A stretch of DNA of 63,675 nucleotides, counting the filler, from Hyphochytrium catenoides (Eukaryota; Protista; Hyphochytriomycota): assembly GCA_900088475.1 (NCBI GenBank). It is 9 parts of 9 records of this genome, joined end to end, with 100 filler letters (N's around TTAATTAATTAA, not from the genome) between each part and the next. Parts side by side here need not be neighbours in the genome. Positions count along the whole stretch, not along the records: positions 35,231 to 57,960 come from FLMG01000915.1; positions 58,061 to 59,216 come from FLMG01002733.1; positions 59,317 to 60,790 come from FLMG01004498.1; positions 60,891 to 63,675 come from FLMG01000891.1; 5 more parts are not named here. The stretch is one strand, 5' to 3'. Positions within the stretch are counted from its first letter, which is position 1. Every line of letters starts with the position of its first letter. A program made the translations under genes and the position numbers. This document shows, piece after piece, positions 52,801 to 63,675 of the stretch. Below the pieces are notes generated by a model. The model searched no databases, was not told where the DNA came from, and was given only the letters and a program-made list of their open reading frames with translations.

Positions 52801-55598
52801 GCTCCGGTCGGTTCTGCAGAGGGGACACACAGAAGATAAGCTCCGGGCGGCGGGTCTCAGTATTGCCGACGCATTTTACTTCGAAGTAACCCGAGTTCAA
52901 GATATTCTCAGGGCCTTGCAAACGGAGGTCTTGGCACTGCTCGACAGTCCTGGAGCCAGTATAGCGGCCAGTCTGAGGCCTATCGATGCGATAGCGGAGA
53001 GTAACAGTGTCTTCTCGACTCTTTTGGACGCTGTGAGGGAAAGCGGGAAGCAGTATGAGACTCACGATGAAAGCAGACCCGTTACTTTCTCTTCCTGGTT
53101 CTCATCAGACGAGCTCAGAGTCCTCCTGACACGGCAGCTCGAGTTGACAGTGGCAGCTCTGGGCTTCAGATACACAGAACGGCGCTCTTTGGAAAGAAGT
53201 GGGAGTCTTCCGGAAATGGGGATGGAAGCCATACTGTTCAGCCAGTTGGAGAAGCTAGGCGAGCATCTTCTGGCGATTGTTTGTGGGACTCAAGAGCCTC
53301 AGTTTGCCTCCTCTTTCTCTGAGGCAGAGCGGAGGCAAGCCAAGAGCCTGGTTATTGAGCCTTTAGTCTTGGCGGAGCGAAACTCTATAGCGTTTTCTTT
53401 CGCCGAACGATTCCGTTACTTTGAAGCCCTAATCACTCTCTGCCTAAGAGAAGATGACGTGAGCTCGCGCCAGCCCTTTGCCACAGTGAAGCTGGACATC
53501 AGCGAATATCAACGAGGGGCGGGGGCAGCGAAGTTAGAGCGGTAAGTGGAACCGATGCTATCAGGAGCCTTCGCAGTTCCCTGGCTTGCTCGGACGCAGG
53601 TCCCACTTTATGGCTCATGTGCTTCTCTGACTGTCTTCCTTTCTTTGTGGGCCTTTTGGAAGGCTCTTAGATTTACCCTGTTCAGAGTTTCTTGCACACA
53701 TGTCGTGCGTGAAGCTATTGGCAACACTACTCCTACCATTTACATAGTATGCGCTCACTAATCCACGCCTGCTTTCCTTGGTGGCTGTAGGTACTGTCAG
53801 AAGTTCAGAGAGGATGGCTTCTGTGTTGTGCTGTTCGAATGGCTAGCAGGGGAGCGACCAGACCCATGGAGCCCCACTGGCCACTCCCTGGCCCGGCTGT
53901 CAATCCTCTTGGCTCAACCAGCAAGTATTGCGGAAGAGCTCGGGGAATTTTTGAAGGTGGGAGCCTTCATCTTCCTATCTTGCTTCTATTCTAGATTTCC
54001 AGCTGAACTGATCCAAGCCATGGTCCCTTCGCGATCCTGCTCCATTGCTCCTTGGGAGGTTCTCTGCCATGTTCCGATAATTGGATTGTACCTATGTCTT
54101 GGCCTTTCTTGGTCCCTGTCCACTGTGAAGTTGTGTTAGGGTGCAGCCACCTTTGGTCCTATTAGCTTTTGGGTCCCTCTCTCTGATATCTTGCGCTACT
54201 CTATCAGAAACATCGCACACTGCGTTCCTACCTTTGGCTGCACCAGCTAAGGAATGGAGATTATGAGGCTGCAGCTGGCACTTTGTATGAGAGAGGAAGC
54301 GGTGAACCCTCTTCCTCCTCACTCAAGAAAACCTTACTTAGCATGGCAAAGCTAGCGGTCAAAGCCAGCAATGGGACCTCAAAGCCCCCAGTGGTTGCAG
54401 AGGTAAGTTGAGAGATGAAGAGATCACTAGCCAAGATCGACCAAGGGTGAGACCTTAGATGAAGTAAGCGTTGGAGCTCACTCTCTCTTGGTCCTAGCTC
54501 CGTCTTGTAGCTGTCCAAGAAGTTCTGTTTCAAGGCGACGCCTATCAGGGTGGCGTCGACTTATCCGCTCCCCAGCCTCCTGAGAAGCTTATAGAGCTTT
54601 GTCTCAAAGCTCTTCCAGGGAGACCACGGACAGGTAAAGGAGTTCTTAAGGTTTTGAATGTTAGCTTGTTCGTCTGAAACTCCTAATCGACACTCGATGC
54701 ACGGGCAGCGGTCAGCAAGCAAGAAGTCTCGCAGTCCGACTTGCTACTATTTGCTGTAGAGGTAAGGCCCTTCCTCCTCATCTCGTTGCTGGATTGGCAC
54801 TAATTGCTAGCATACCAGTGCATTGACGCCATGGGGGAGCTTGGCTACGGAGACGAAACATTGCATGGCCTTCTTCTGCAAATATGGCAGACAGCCATCT
54901 CGGTAGACGATCAAATGTAAGTGCCGGGGGGGCGCAAGGTTTTGCGAGGACGTCTTCACACTTGGACGTTCCACACTTTCCTGACGCTCTAGCCAAAGAC
55001 TTCGATCCTGAGAATTGTACAGCTCTTCTCTTGCAGTCTTACACTCTTTATTCCGATCTATCTCTCCTAAGGTAGCTGCCGCTTTCTTTATGGCAAGACT
55101 TGAATCTACTCAGAACTTCGCTTGACTCTTCTCTTGTGAATGGGTCAGATGGGAAGAGATTGTTCGGCTTCATTCCTCTTCAGAATCGGGCGAGAGGCTG
55201 GAGAAAGCGTTGCTTGCAACGCTGTTTGCCACAGTGTTAGCCACCTACCGCTCTAGCGTAGAGAGAGGCGAGCTGTCAAGCGCAGGTGAGACAACATACC
55301 CCCAGCAGTAGAGTCAAGCGCACCCTTTGCCGGAGTGAACAGCAGAAAGAGAGTGGAAGTCCTGAGGGGAGAGAGCAAGGATCACTGAGTCACGAAACCG
55401 GGGAAACGGTCAAGTGGAAGCAGCTGAGGAAGTGAACCCCTCGGGGAGAGACCGAGCCTTCCTAACTCTTTCTTAACCTCCGCAGCAATCCCTCATGAGA
55501 AGATCCTTCGAGAGCTGTGTGAGGGCGAGAAGGATGCCGTGTTCAAGCGCCGCCTCCTGGGTATGGCGATAAATCTCGTGAGCTCGCGTGTCTCCTAG
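49840..55598 (+). CDS. NUP133: Nuclear pore complex protein Nup133, multi-exon
   Basis: Low-complexity N-terminus, then GWATCLLGLDLYVW and GSILFWP (beta-propeller), LSQQILDSKPASGQRWA, HLETKKNKHQAFLAYL, FAERFRYFEALITLC and TLLSMAKLA, in the order expected for Nup133; last exon ends SSRVS* at 55598. Confidence 0.8.
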
Positions 55599-56263
55599 TT
55601 TAGAGCTGACAGGAAGGGCACCCGTGGCCCAAGAGCTGGATGAGATAAAAGGGGAGCGAGCTCTGTTGAGCGACTTTAAGATGTCCTATAACTTCTGTCC
55701 GAAGTGCCCTGTAGGCAACGGTCGCTATACATAGTGTGAAGGCACAATCAATATCAAAAAGCTAAAGTTTACTCTTCAAGCACTTGGGCGCTTGTCCTCC
55801 CGGTGAATTTTCTCTGACGAATGAACCACTGGCTTATGTGAGCCTTAGCTATCACTGGGCACTGTATCGTTATCCTCGTGAACGTGTATTTCTCTCGCCC
55901 TCTAGCGCCACGAAGTTGCTTAGCCGTCAGAAGAGCCAGCTTGTAGATACCTTCCCGGAGAGGAGAGTATTGCTTTGGCTACGGTCCATACACTGCCATT
56001 TGGATCTCTCTTGCAGGGTTCTCCCTGTTTCACTTAGATCTTTGTTTGGCTAAGGGCTCTGCCTGGCCATCATTACACGGGTATAGTTCGCTGTTAGACT
56101 TTTATTAGACTAGGAAGCTTAGACTTATCTAAACCCGTGACAAACAGGGCCCCTTCAACGTTTCTCGTACAGTCGTGCTGTCGCACCGCTCAGGCCTTTA
56201 GAGAGAGAGAAGAGGAATAGAGAATGGTTGCCTCCAATATCTCCGGCGTCACCGCCTGCTAGT

Positions 56264-57960
56264 CTAATAACGATTGGCTCCCAGTACCAGTTTTGAGACG
56301 TTTCCTAGCAAAATTGATCGAACTTCAGTCCGGACAGTGCGATCATCGACTACCACTAACGCGCCTAACAATGGATACAGCCAAGAGAGGTGCGGCCGTA
56401 GCTGGAGAGAAGGTGTGAGAGAGAAAAAATATCGGCAGGTATGATCCAGGAACGTTAGAAAGGAGGGACAAGATTTTACTAGGGAATGGTGATGAGAGCT
56501 ATTAAGGCTCAAATGCTTAGAAAGACCAGCAGTGCAGCAAAGGCGGCGGAGCGTCTTTAGAAACAGACACCGCAAGAGAGATCGGCGGGGAAGGTCTTAC
56601 TTTATCTGTTGACAAGGCGTTGAAGCCCTTAAGCACCGCACTGACGACAGGACCCAATGCGGTAATTATCTTCTCGGCGTCATTCTTCTCCTGTCGAGAT
56701 CTTTCGCTTGCCTCCTCCCCAGAGGAAGGAGAGGCGGACATAGCTTCATCACGAGCTACATACTCTGTGATAACAGCTTGGGCAAGCCTAAAGAAACAGC
56801 AAAGGTTGATAGTTAACAAGAGCTAGTTTGCTGATCGAGCCAACGCATTTTTTTTTTACTTTGCGAGGCGTTCTTCCCTTACACGTGCATCTACTCCCGG
56901 TCCCTATTTCTGTTTCACTTACTTCACAAGTTGTTCTTCCGCGAACTGCCGATGGTCCCAGCTTGAGAGATCCCCGGGTCGAACATCTAGCTCTCGATCG
57001 TCCGCAGAGAGACAAAAGAGAATTCGTAGCGCCTCAGTCATCCCTCTCACCTCCTGCGACAACATATCCGGTAGCGACGAGCTCTCTGAAAGGTTGAGAC
57101 CTGGAAGTCACAGCAACGAGAGTGTGAGACAAGCATTAACAACGAGAGCACTGAGAGAACAAGCAATAGTGGCACAGTCACAGAGGTACAAGCGCTGCTT
57201 ACCGGCATTCTGTAGGGCAACTCGCAGCTCGTACTTATTGTTGAAGTCTCTTGCAAAGTAGAACGAGGCGTACAAGACCTTCAGAAACCTCTCGCACTGA
57301 TCCTGGCTCAGAGGGGCGATAAAAGCAGTTACCACGGCTCCGATCGCTTCTTGCAGCTGCAGCAACAGCCCAAGCTGTGTCCTCACTCGACCAGACGATG
57401 GAAGGGAACTCTCTTCTGCCGATTGAGAGTTCAAGGGTTGTGATATTGAAAGGAGAGACTTAGGGGTGGCCCACTCAAAGAGCTTTTCCATCTCAGAGCA
57501 GAGGATGGACCAAGTGGGAAGTGGGAAACGGTGTCCGCATGCCTGGATGAAACCCCGCAGCGATCGTACGCCGATAGAAGAGAGCTCTGCATTGTCCCTG
57601 CAGATGCAATTGTGCAAGAGCTTGAGGACATCTTCCAGGAGAAAGGCTAGTGTGTCAAAGTATTGAGAGAAGAGCTCCACCAAGTATTGCAGGCCCCTGT
57701 CACAGGTCTTGACGACCGTAGGACTGAACTTGGCGTCATGACTGTGGCGCACATCATCAAATAGGGGTGAGATAACACCCCGAAAGATTAGAGCCCAGAG
57801 ACCTGGAGAGAAACGATGCCCATGTTCGTTCAAGGCGTGGAAGAGAGAGTCAAGAGAAAGGTCGCTCACTTGCGGGCGAGGATCATCGGCCAAAGCTGCA
57901 AACGCGGTTAGGAGGGGCCACCAAACCCTGATATGTCCGTCTGAGTCGTTGAACTGGCTT
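56264..57960 (-). CDS. BIG/Sec7-family large ARF-GEF, C-terminal HDS region; 5' truncated at contig end
   Basis: HIRVWWPLLTAFAALADDPRPQV..LFHALNEHGHRFSPGLWALIFRGVISPLFDDVRH, FYFARDFNNKYELRVAL and terminal WLYPLLGALVVVDDRTVRTEVRSIL typical of BIG1/2 C-termini. Confidence 0.85.
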
Positions 57961-58060
57961 NNNNNNNNNNNNNNNNNNNNNNNNNNNNNNNNNNNNNNNN
58001 NNNNTTAATTAATTAANNNNNNNNNNNNNNNNNNNNNNNNNNNNNNNNNNNNNNNNNNNN

Positions 58061-59216
58061 CCAACCCCCTCCCTCCGGCCTCCCCTCAATGAGTGCTGAC
58101 CTTCTCTCGCCCCGCCATGACAAGGTCCCCCTACTCCAATACTTAAATCTTATCCTATTCCAAGTCCTAACTACTTACGTACTTACAAGTGCTTCGGGCT
58201 GGACGAAAAACCCACCGACATGCCTATGAACCCCTTTTCTGTGGGAAAACCATGCCCTCACTAGCACACTGCGGCTACCGCTATCAGTCCTAACTTCGTT
58301 TCGACGAACCAGAGGCCAGTGTGCTGCTGCTGACCTATCGCCAGTGATGCTCAGACTGTGAACAACGGGTCCTAGCGTGGAAATTCCTTCTTCTGCTTGA
58401 TAGATCAGGCGCCGCAAGTGCTTCCTATGCACCTTGACCTCTTTCCAGAACACATTACCTGCACCCTTGTGCTCAATAGCTCCTCCCTTGACGAGGTATG
58501 TGAGCGGCCCGACTTGTTGACGCATCACTTCGTAAGACCCCCACCAATTCTTGGCCAGTTTTGGAGTCCCTGCTGCCACCTTGTTAGGAATGTAACGCCA
58601 GACTTTGTCTCCAGGGAGGAGAGGTGCCAGCGGCGGCGTTGGTAAAGGCCTCAGACGCCCCGCGACGAATTGCAACGCTTCAGCTGGCCTACGGGTGTCC
58701 TCAGATGCAGTGTCCTCCTCTGGCTGACCAACAGCTATTATCTGAGCCTGTGCCCTTCGAGCCTTCCGAGCTCTAGCCGTAAGTAGGCTTTGGCGAAAAT
58801 GTCTCTTGAGGTACGTGATGTAATCCTGAATGGTCTTAAACCTCGTTCTCATTGTATCCTTATTCCGCAATAACAGGTCGCCTGGTACATTCGCTTCTCG
58901 TCCTCCGTACATCAGATAGAAGGGCGAAAAGCCCGTGGCTGAGTTTACTGAAAAACGATATGCCGCCAAGTGGCTTTCTAAGCTGTCAGGCCAGTTGGCC
59001 TAATCCTCATCCACATACTTGCGCACCATATGCTGCAGTGTCCTGATAAGGCACTCTGCCGTGGCTGTGGCCCCGTGCTGGTAAGCAGAGTCCACCTCAT
59101 GTCGAGAGCCTAGTTTCTCGAAAAACTCCTTCACGGCTTCTGATACGAAGGACACGTTCTTTTTGTTGCTCAAAGCAATTCGATATTTCGCCCGCAACTC
59201 CGTGGCCAGGGCCTCG
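58061..59216 (-). mobile_element. Ty3/gypsy integrase C-terminal fragment, frameshifted
   Basis: SFVSEAVKEFFEKLGSRHEVDSAYQHGATATAECLIRTL, then AYRFSVNSATGFSPFYLMYG and KLAKNWWGSYEV (GPY/F-like module); purine tract near the contig end. Confidence 0.85.
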
Positions 59217-60890
59217 NNNNNNNNNNNNNNNNNNNNNNNNNNNNNNNNNNNNNNNNNNNNTTAATTAATTAANNNNNNNNNNNNNNNNNNNNNNNNNNNN
59301 NNNNNNNNNNNNNNNNGTTCTATAGTCTGAGGAGGGTGATGATGGCTTCCTGGGTTTAGCAAGAAATGATAGGAGGTAGGTCGTCAGCGCTCTGTGGCAG
59401 CAGTGCATGGTGGTGCAATATTCTAGAAGAACGACGGCTGCAGCTCGTCCAATCAAAGCATCAGGCTTGGGACCTGATAAACCGTCTGCTTCTCAACAGG
59501 TACTTAGGATGTCCACTAGCAGGAACCTCCACCACCACCACGGTGGCCAATCTTCTTGGTGATGGCAGTGGCGTTCTAGTTCTAAAGCAGAACTGAGAAC
59601 TGCACCGGTGCTGGGTCACGATCAAACGTAATAATGCCTGACCTGGTACAAAAGACGACAGACAATGCACAAAATTTTGAGGGTTCATTCTGCTTGAAGC
59701 ATAATATTAAGCACTTTGAAGGAAGGTTCTTCTTAGTCATTTCTTAGGGCAGCGAGTGCAGACAGGAGAAGCGAGGGCACTCACACCACCACTACATCCT
59801 AGTTCTCTGTATAAAACCAGCTAATGATTATGGAAGGGAAGATCACTCGTCGTAGTAGAACAAGAGACGAAGTTGACAGGAGGAGGCAGCAGACAACGGA
59901 TGAAGAAGAACGTGTTCCAAACTATGAGCCTGGTGATGAGGGCTCGGCAGCACAAGCTCGCCCATCCGCAGCTGAGAGAAGAAGATGAACTTTCCTGTTC
60001 CCAAAAATGGCCAGAAGCAGCAACCGACAACCTGTACATCGGAAGAAGGAGAAGGGTCGAGCCAACTACCCTGGTGGTTGTTCTCCTATTGGTGCCCTTT
60101 CTTGATGATGTTTATTAGCCTGATCATTGCAGCGCGTAGCTAACCTTTCAGGTTAGGACACGCCTCCTTTCTTGGTACCAGAGTATACGTGGCTGAGGGT
60201 TGGGTCATAGTGCTGGTAGATCTACAACGAGGGGTGAGGGCAAGTGTGGAGGAACGACGAGGAAGAAGGAGAACTAAAGTACTGGATGAGTTGTCTGATG
60301 ACACACGGGCCGGTGCGGCGTAATAGATCAGTGATGGTGGTAGCAACAGACACAGCCTTCTTCTGTTTCCAATTGTCTCTTAGCCCCAGCGTCCTACTAA
60401 GGCCATGGACTAGTTATGACCTTTCAACTGCTAGCCTGAGATAGCGTTTCAACTGTCTTGCTGGCGTTCTTTATCTTGGAAGGAATACTTCTTTGTATCT
60501 TCCCTCTCTTCTCTCTCTCCTTCTTCGTCTTCCCTTCTCTCTCTCCTCTTTTCTCTCTCTCTTCCTCATGCCTCCCTTCCCAATGAATAGCAGCACACAT
60601 GAGAAGCCCTTTATAAATGGTCACCGCCCCTCCGTGTAGAGCGGTAGCCACCAACCAAGAGGTGTTTTCTTCACTGCTGCCCAGCTCATTCACTTTTTAT
60701 CTTCCCACGAGGACAGAAGCAAGTTCGCACGGAACCCAGGCACTATCTGCCAACAAGGCCCAGCTATAAAGGAGCTACGATGGCGTCTCTNNNNNNNNNN
60801 NNNNNNNNNNNNNNNNNNNNNNNNNNNNNNNNNNTTAATTAATTAANNNNNNNNNNNNNNNNNNNNNNNNNNNNNNNNNNNNNNNNNNNN

Positions 60891-60926
<36 letters not shown>

Positions 60927-62399
60927 GGAGAGAAAGAGAGAAAAAGAGAGAGAGAGAGAAAGAGAGAGGGAGAGAGAGAGAGAGAGAGAAACAGAGACAG
61001 AAAAACAGGGATAGAGGGACAGAGAGAAAGAGAGACCAAGAAAGAGAGGAGGCGGTTTCGGGGAGTGAGTCTCTTTCTCCAGTTGCGGGTAGTTCTTACT
61101 AATGTTTACACTAATGTTTCCATCTATTTCCCATCTTTCCCTTCCTCTCCATGTCCATTTTCTCTCCTCTCTCTCTCTCTTTCTTCCTCTCTCTCTCTTC
61201 TTCTCTGCCTCGCCAGCATTGCTTCAGCTCTTACCATTCTGAAGATTGTGTGCGAACGGGAGGAGAGAGCGTTCATTGTGGTCGATCCAACGTGTCTGTA
61301 AGCCTCTCCTGAGGAGATGAGAGCGAAGATCTGCTCCTCTGAGATNNNNNNNNNGAGAGAGAGAGAGAGAGAAATTGCGGAAAGAGGACAGGTGAGATAG
61401 AAAGAGTGAGAGTGAAAGAGTGACGGAGGAAGGGAGAGAAAGAAGGTGAGAGAAAGAAAGAGAGAGAGAGAGTGAGAGCCATGACGAGAAAGACAAGGCC
61501 ATCAGTAGATGCCGTAAGTGTGAGGAGAAACCAATTCATAATCTCGAAGAAAGAACGAAGGAAGCGGGAAAGACAATTTCCTAGCAGCTCCACAAGAGAC
61601 AGAGGCTGCGAAAGGAAGAAGAGAAAAACAAAGAATGAGAGAGAGAGAGAGCGCCACGCGAAACACTCTCTCCGCAATGTGTAGATTCTCGAGACCATAA
61701 GCTGGGTAAAAAGAACCATCGTTGCAAGTCTTCTTGGCCATCTTCTTTGTTGTCTCTCTCTCTTTCTCCCCCCTCCTCTCTCTCTCTCTCTCTCTCTGTC
61801 TCTCTTCTCTCTCCTCTTGTCAAAGTCGTGCTGCTTACCTTCTTTAGGGTTCTCTAAGATTCTAATATTGGTGGAGGCGGGAGAGAGAAGATCGTTGATG
61901 TGCTCGTTATAGATCTCAAGGTAGGAGACACGCAGAAGAAACTCTCTCTCGGGCGTGGCGTCAATGAATTGAAAGACATTCTTCACAGCGAGAGGAATGA
62001 TTCCAGGATGCTTGTTAGTGCCTGNNNNNNNNNNNNNNNNNNNNNNNNNNNNNNNNNNNNNNNNNNNNNNNNNNNNNNNNNNNNNNNAGAGAGAGAGAGA
62101 GGCAGGCAGTGAGGAACCTCCAAAGCTGAAGAAGGGAATGTCAAGAAGGTGCTTCCTCCGCCTCGGGTGCGGTTTCCTCCTCCCTATTTTTGAATTTCTT
62201 ATAACTTTCTCTCCCTCTCTGTCTCTCTCTATATACAGATATCTCCCTCTCTCTATATCTCTCTCTCTGTCTTTCTGCCTCTGTCTCTCTGTCTTTCTCT
62301 CCATCTCTTTCTCTCTCTATATCTCTCTCTGTCTTTCTGTCTCCGTCTCTCTGTCTGTCTTTTTCTCTCTGTTTCTCTCTCTGTGTCTCTCCGTCTTTC

Positions 62400-62473
<74 letters not shown>

Positions 62474-62918
62474 CCTGCATGGTAAACGTCTTCCCCGTGG
62501 ATGTCTGTCCATAGGCAAAGATGGAGGCGTGATAGCCGTCCAGCGCCGCGGTGGCCACTTCCTTCAGTGTTTCCAAGTACATTTCCTCTGTCGTCCCTTC
62601 TGGCGGATAAAGCTTGTCAAATGTATAGGAAACGGGCTTGGACGTGTCTCTCCCTCTCGAAGAGTCCAGCAGGCTTCTGAAGGCAGAAGAGGGAGAAGAA
62701 GAAGAAGAGAGAGAGGAAGAGAGAGAAGGAGAGAGAGACTCGATGGTGTCGTGACTCCATCTCCAGCCGATAGTACTGCTCTCTCCTCCCCCTCGGCTCT
62801 CTCTCTCTATCAGCGGACGGATCCGCACGCAGACTTTGATGTTCTTTCCTTTCTCTTCAAGTCTCTCTTTCGGATCGGAGGCCTTTCGACCGCCTCCTCC
62901 TAAGATTCTTGAGATCAT
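60891..62918 (-). CDS. Kinesin-7 (CENP-E-like) motor domain, 5' part; 3' truncated at contig end
   Basis: [19 protein letters not shown]-loop [46 protein letters not shown], and exon about 61235-61345 [30 protein letters not shown] (switch I). Confidence 0.9.
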
Positions 62919-63188
62919 TTTCTACTAGGTGTCGTCTCTCTCCCTTTCTCTCTCTTTGTCTCTCTCTCTCTCTTCTCTCTCCGGTTCCTGGCGCTGGGTT
63001 AAGGGATATAGAGGGAGAGAGGACAGGTAGCTGCAGCTGGGATCAAGTCCTCTCTCTCTCTCTCTCTTTCTGATTCCTATCTCTCTCTCTCTCTCTCTCA
63101 GGGTCGCTTCACGTCAGAGGAGTTGTAGATCTGACTGGATATTGTTCCAGAGCTTGGACAGAGAGGTGGAAGAGAGATTTTCCACAAG

Positions 63189-63219
<31 letters not shown>

Positions 63220-63675
63220 TCTTTGTCCCTTCTCTCTCTCTCGTCACAATCACTCTCCTCTCTCTTTCTATCAGCTCTTCTCTTTCTTTTCTGATATCAT
63301 TCTCTTTGCCCCGATCTATTCTTCGCTTTGGAGAATGCGCGTTATCCAGTTATCCTTGTCTCTCTCTCTTTGTTTCTTCCTGGAGACGCGAGGAAAGAAG
63401 AGAGAGACAGAGGGTGAAGGCGATCGAACCCAGAAAGTTTTGAAAAAGCAGGGAGAAAGAGGAAGAGGAATGTAATGGATCTCTGTCTTCCCAGACCTTT
63501 TGCAGAGAAGGTGTCAAAAGAGGAGAAAGGGAAAGGAGATAGCCGAGGGAGAGAGAAGAGAGGCAGAGAGAAAAAGCGACGAAGAGCGGACAGAGAGGGA
63601 AGAGAGAAGGAAGAGAGAGAGGAAGAGGGAGAGAGAGAGAGAGAGGAAAAGAGGAGGAGAGAGAGAGAGAGAAAG

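Noticed and set aside
59317-60790. Gene or LTR on this small contig
   Set aside because: Only short unrelated ORFs; no motif, terminal repeat or splice chain that can be supported.

Overview
Eukaryotic (protist-like, intron-containing) draft genomic DNA. The window is not one locus. Eight identical 100-bp spacers (N44-TTAATTAATTAA-N44) join nine contigs: 1-12201, 12302-14527, 14628-16139, 16240-18669, 18770-35130, 35231-57960, 58061-59216, 59317-60790 and 60891-63675. Gene neighbourhoods are therefore meaningful only within a contig. Recognisable genes are a DNase II-like 3' end, a large spliced ALMT/FUSC-like transporter, an intronless metallo-beta-lactamase-fold hydrolase, a convergent pair of ER-stress genes missed by the ORF track (RAMP4/SERP1 and MANF/ARMET), a multi-pass membrane protein, a multi-PAS hybrid histidine kinase, a PH-domain PI4-kinase III beta, an intronless AmpC-type serine hydrolase, a BSD-domain coiled-coil protein, Nup133, the 3' end of a BIG/Sec7 ARF-GEF and the 5' end of a kinesin-7. 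Mobile DNA includes a frameshifted hAT transposon, copia-like LTR remnants, a gypsy integrase fragment and a tRNA-like Pol III unit. The most unusual structure is a 2.45-kb non-coding element (18815-21259) bounded by 29-bp terminal inverted repeats, with TTCTCCG subterminal arrays and a central array of about 28 copies of a 35/37-bp repeat; it is not CRISPR. Several contigs are saturated with (GA/CT)n tracts, which in the kinesin introns are arranged 5'-GA...CT-3' and could base-pair. No clearly new multi-gene system can be demonstrated from sequence alone.
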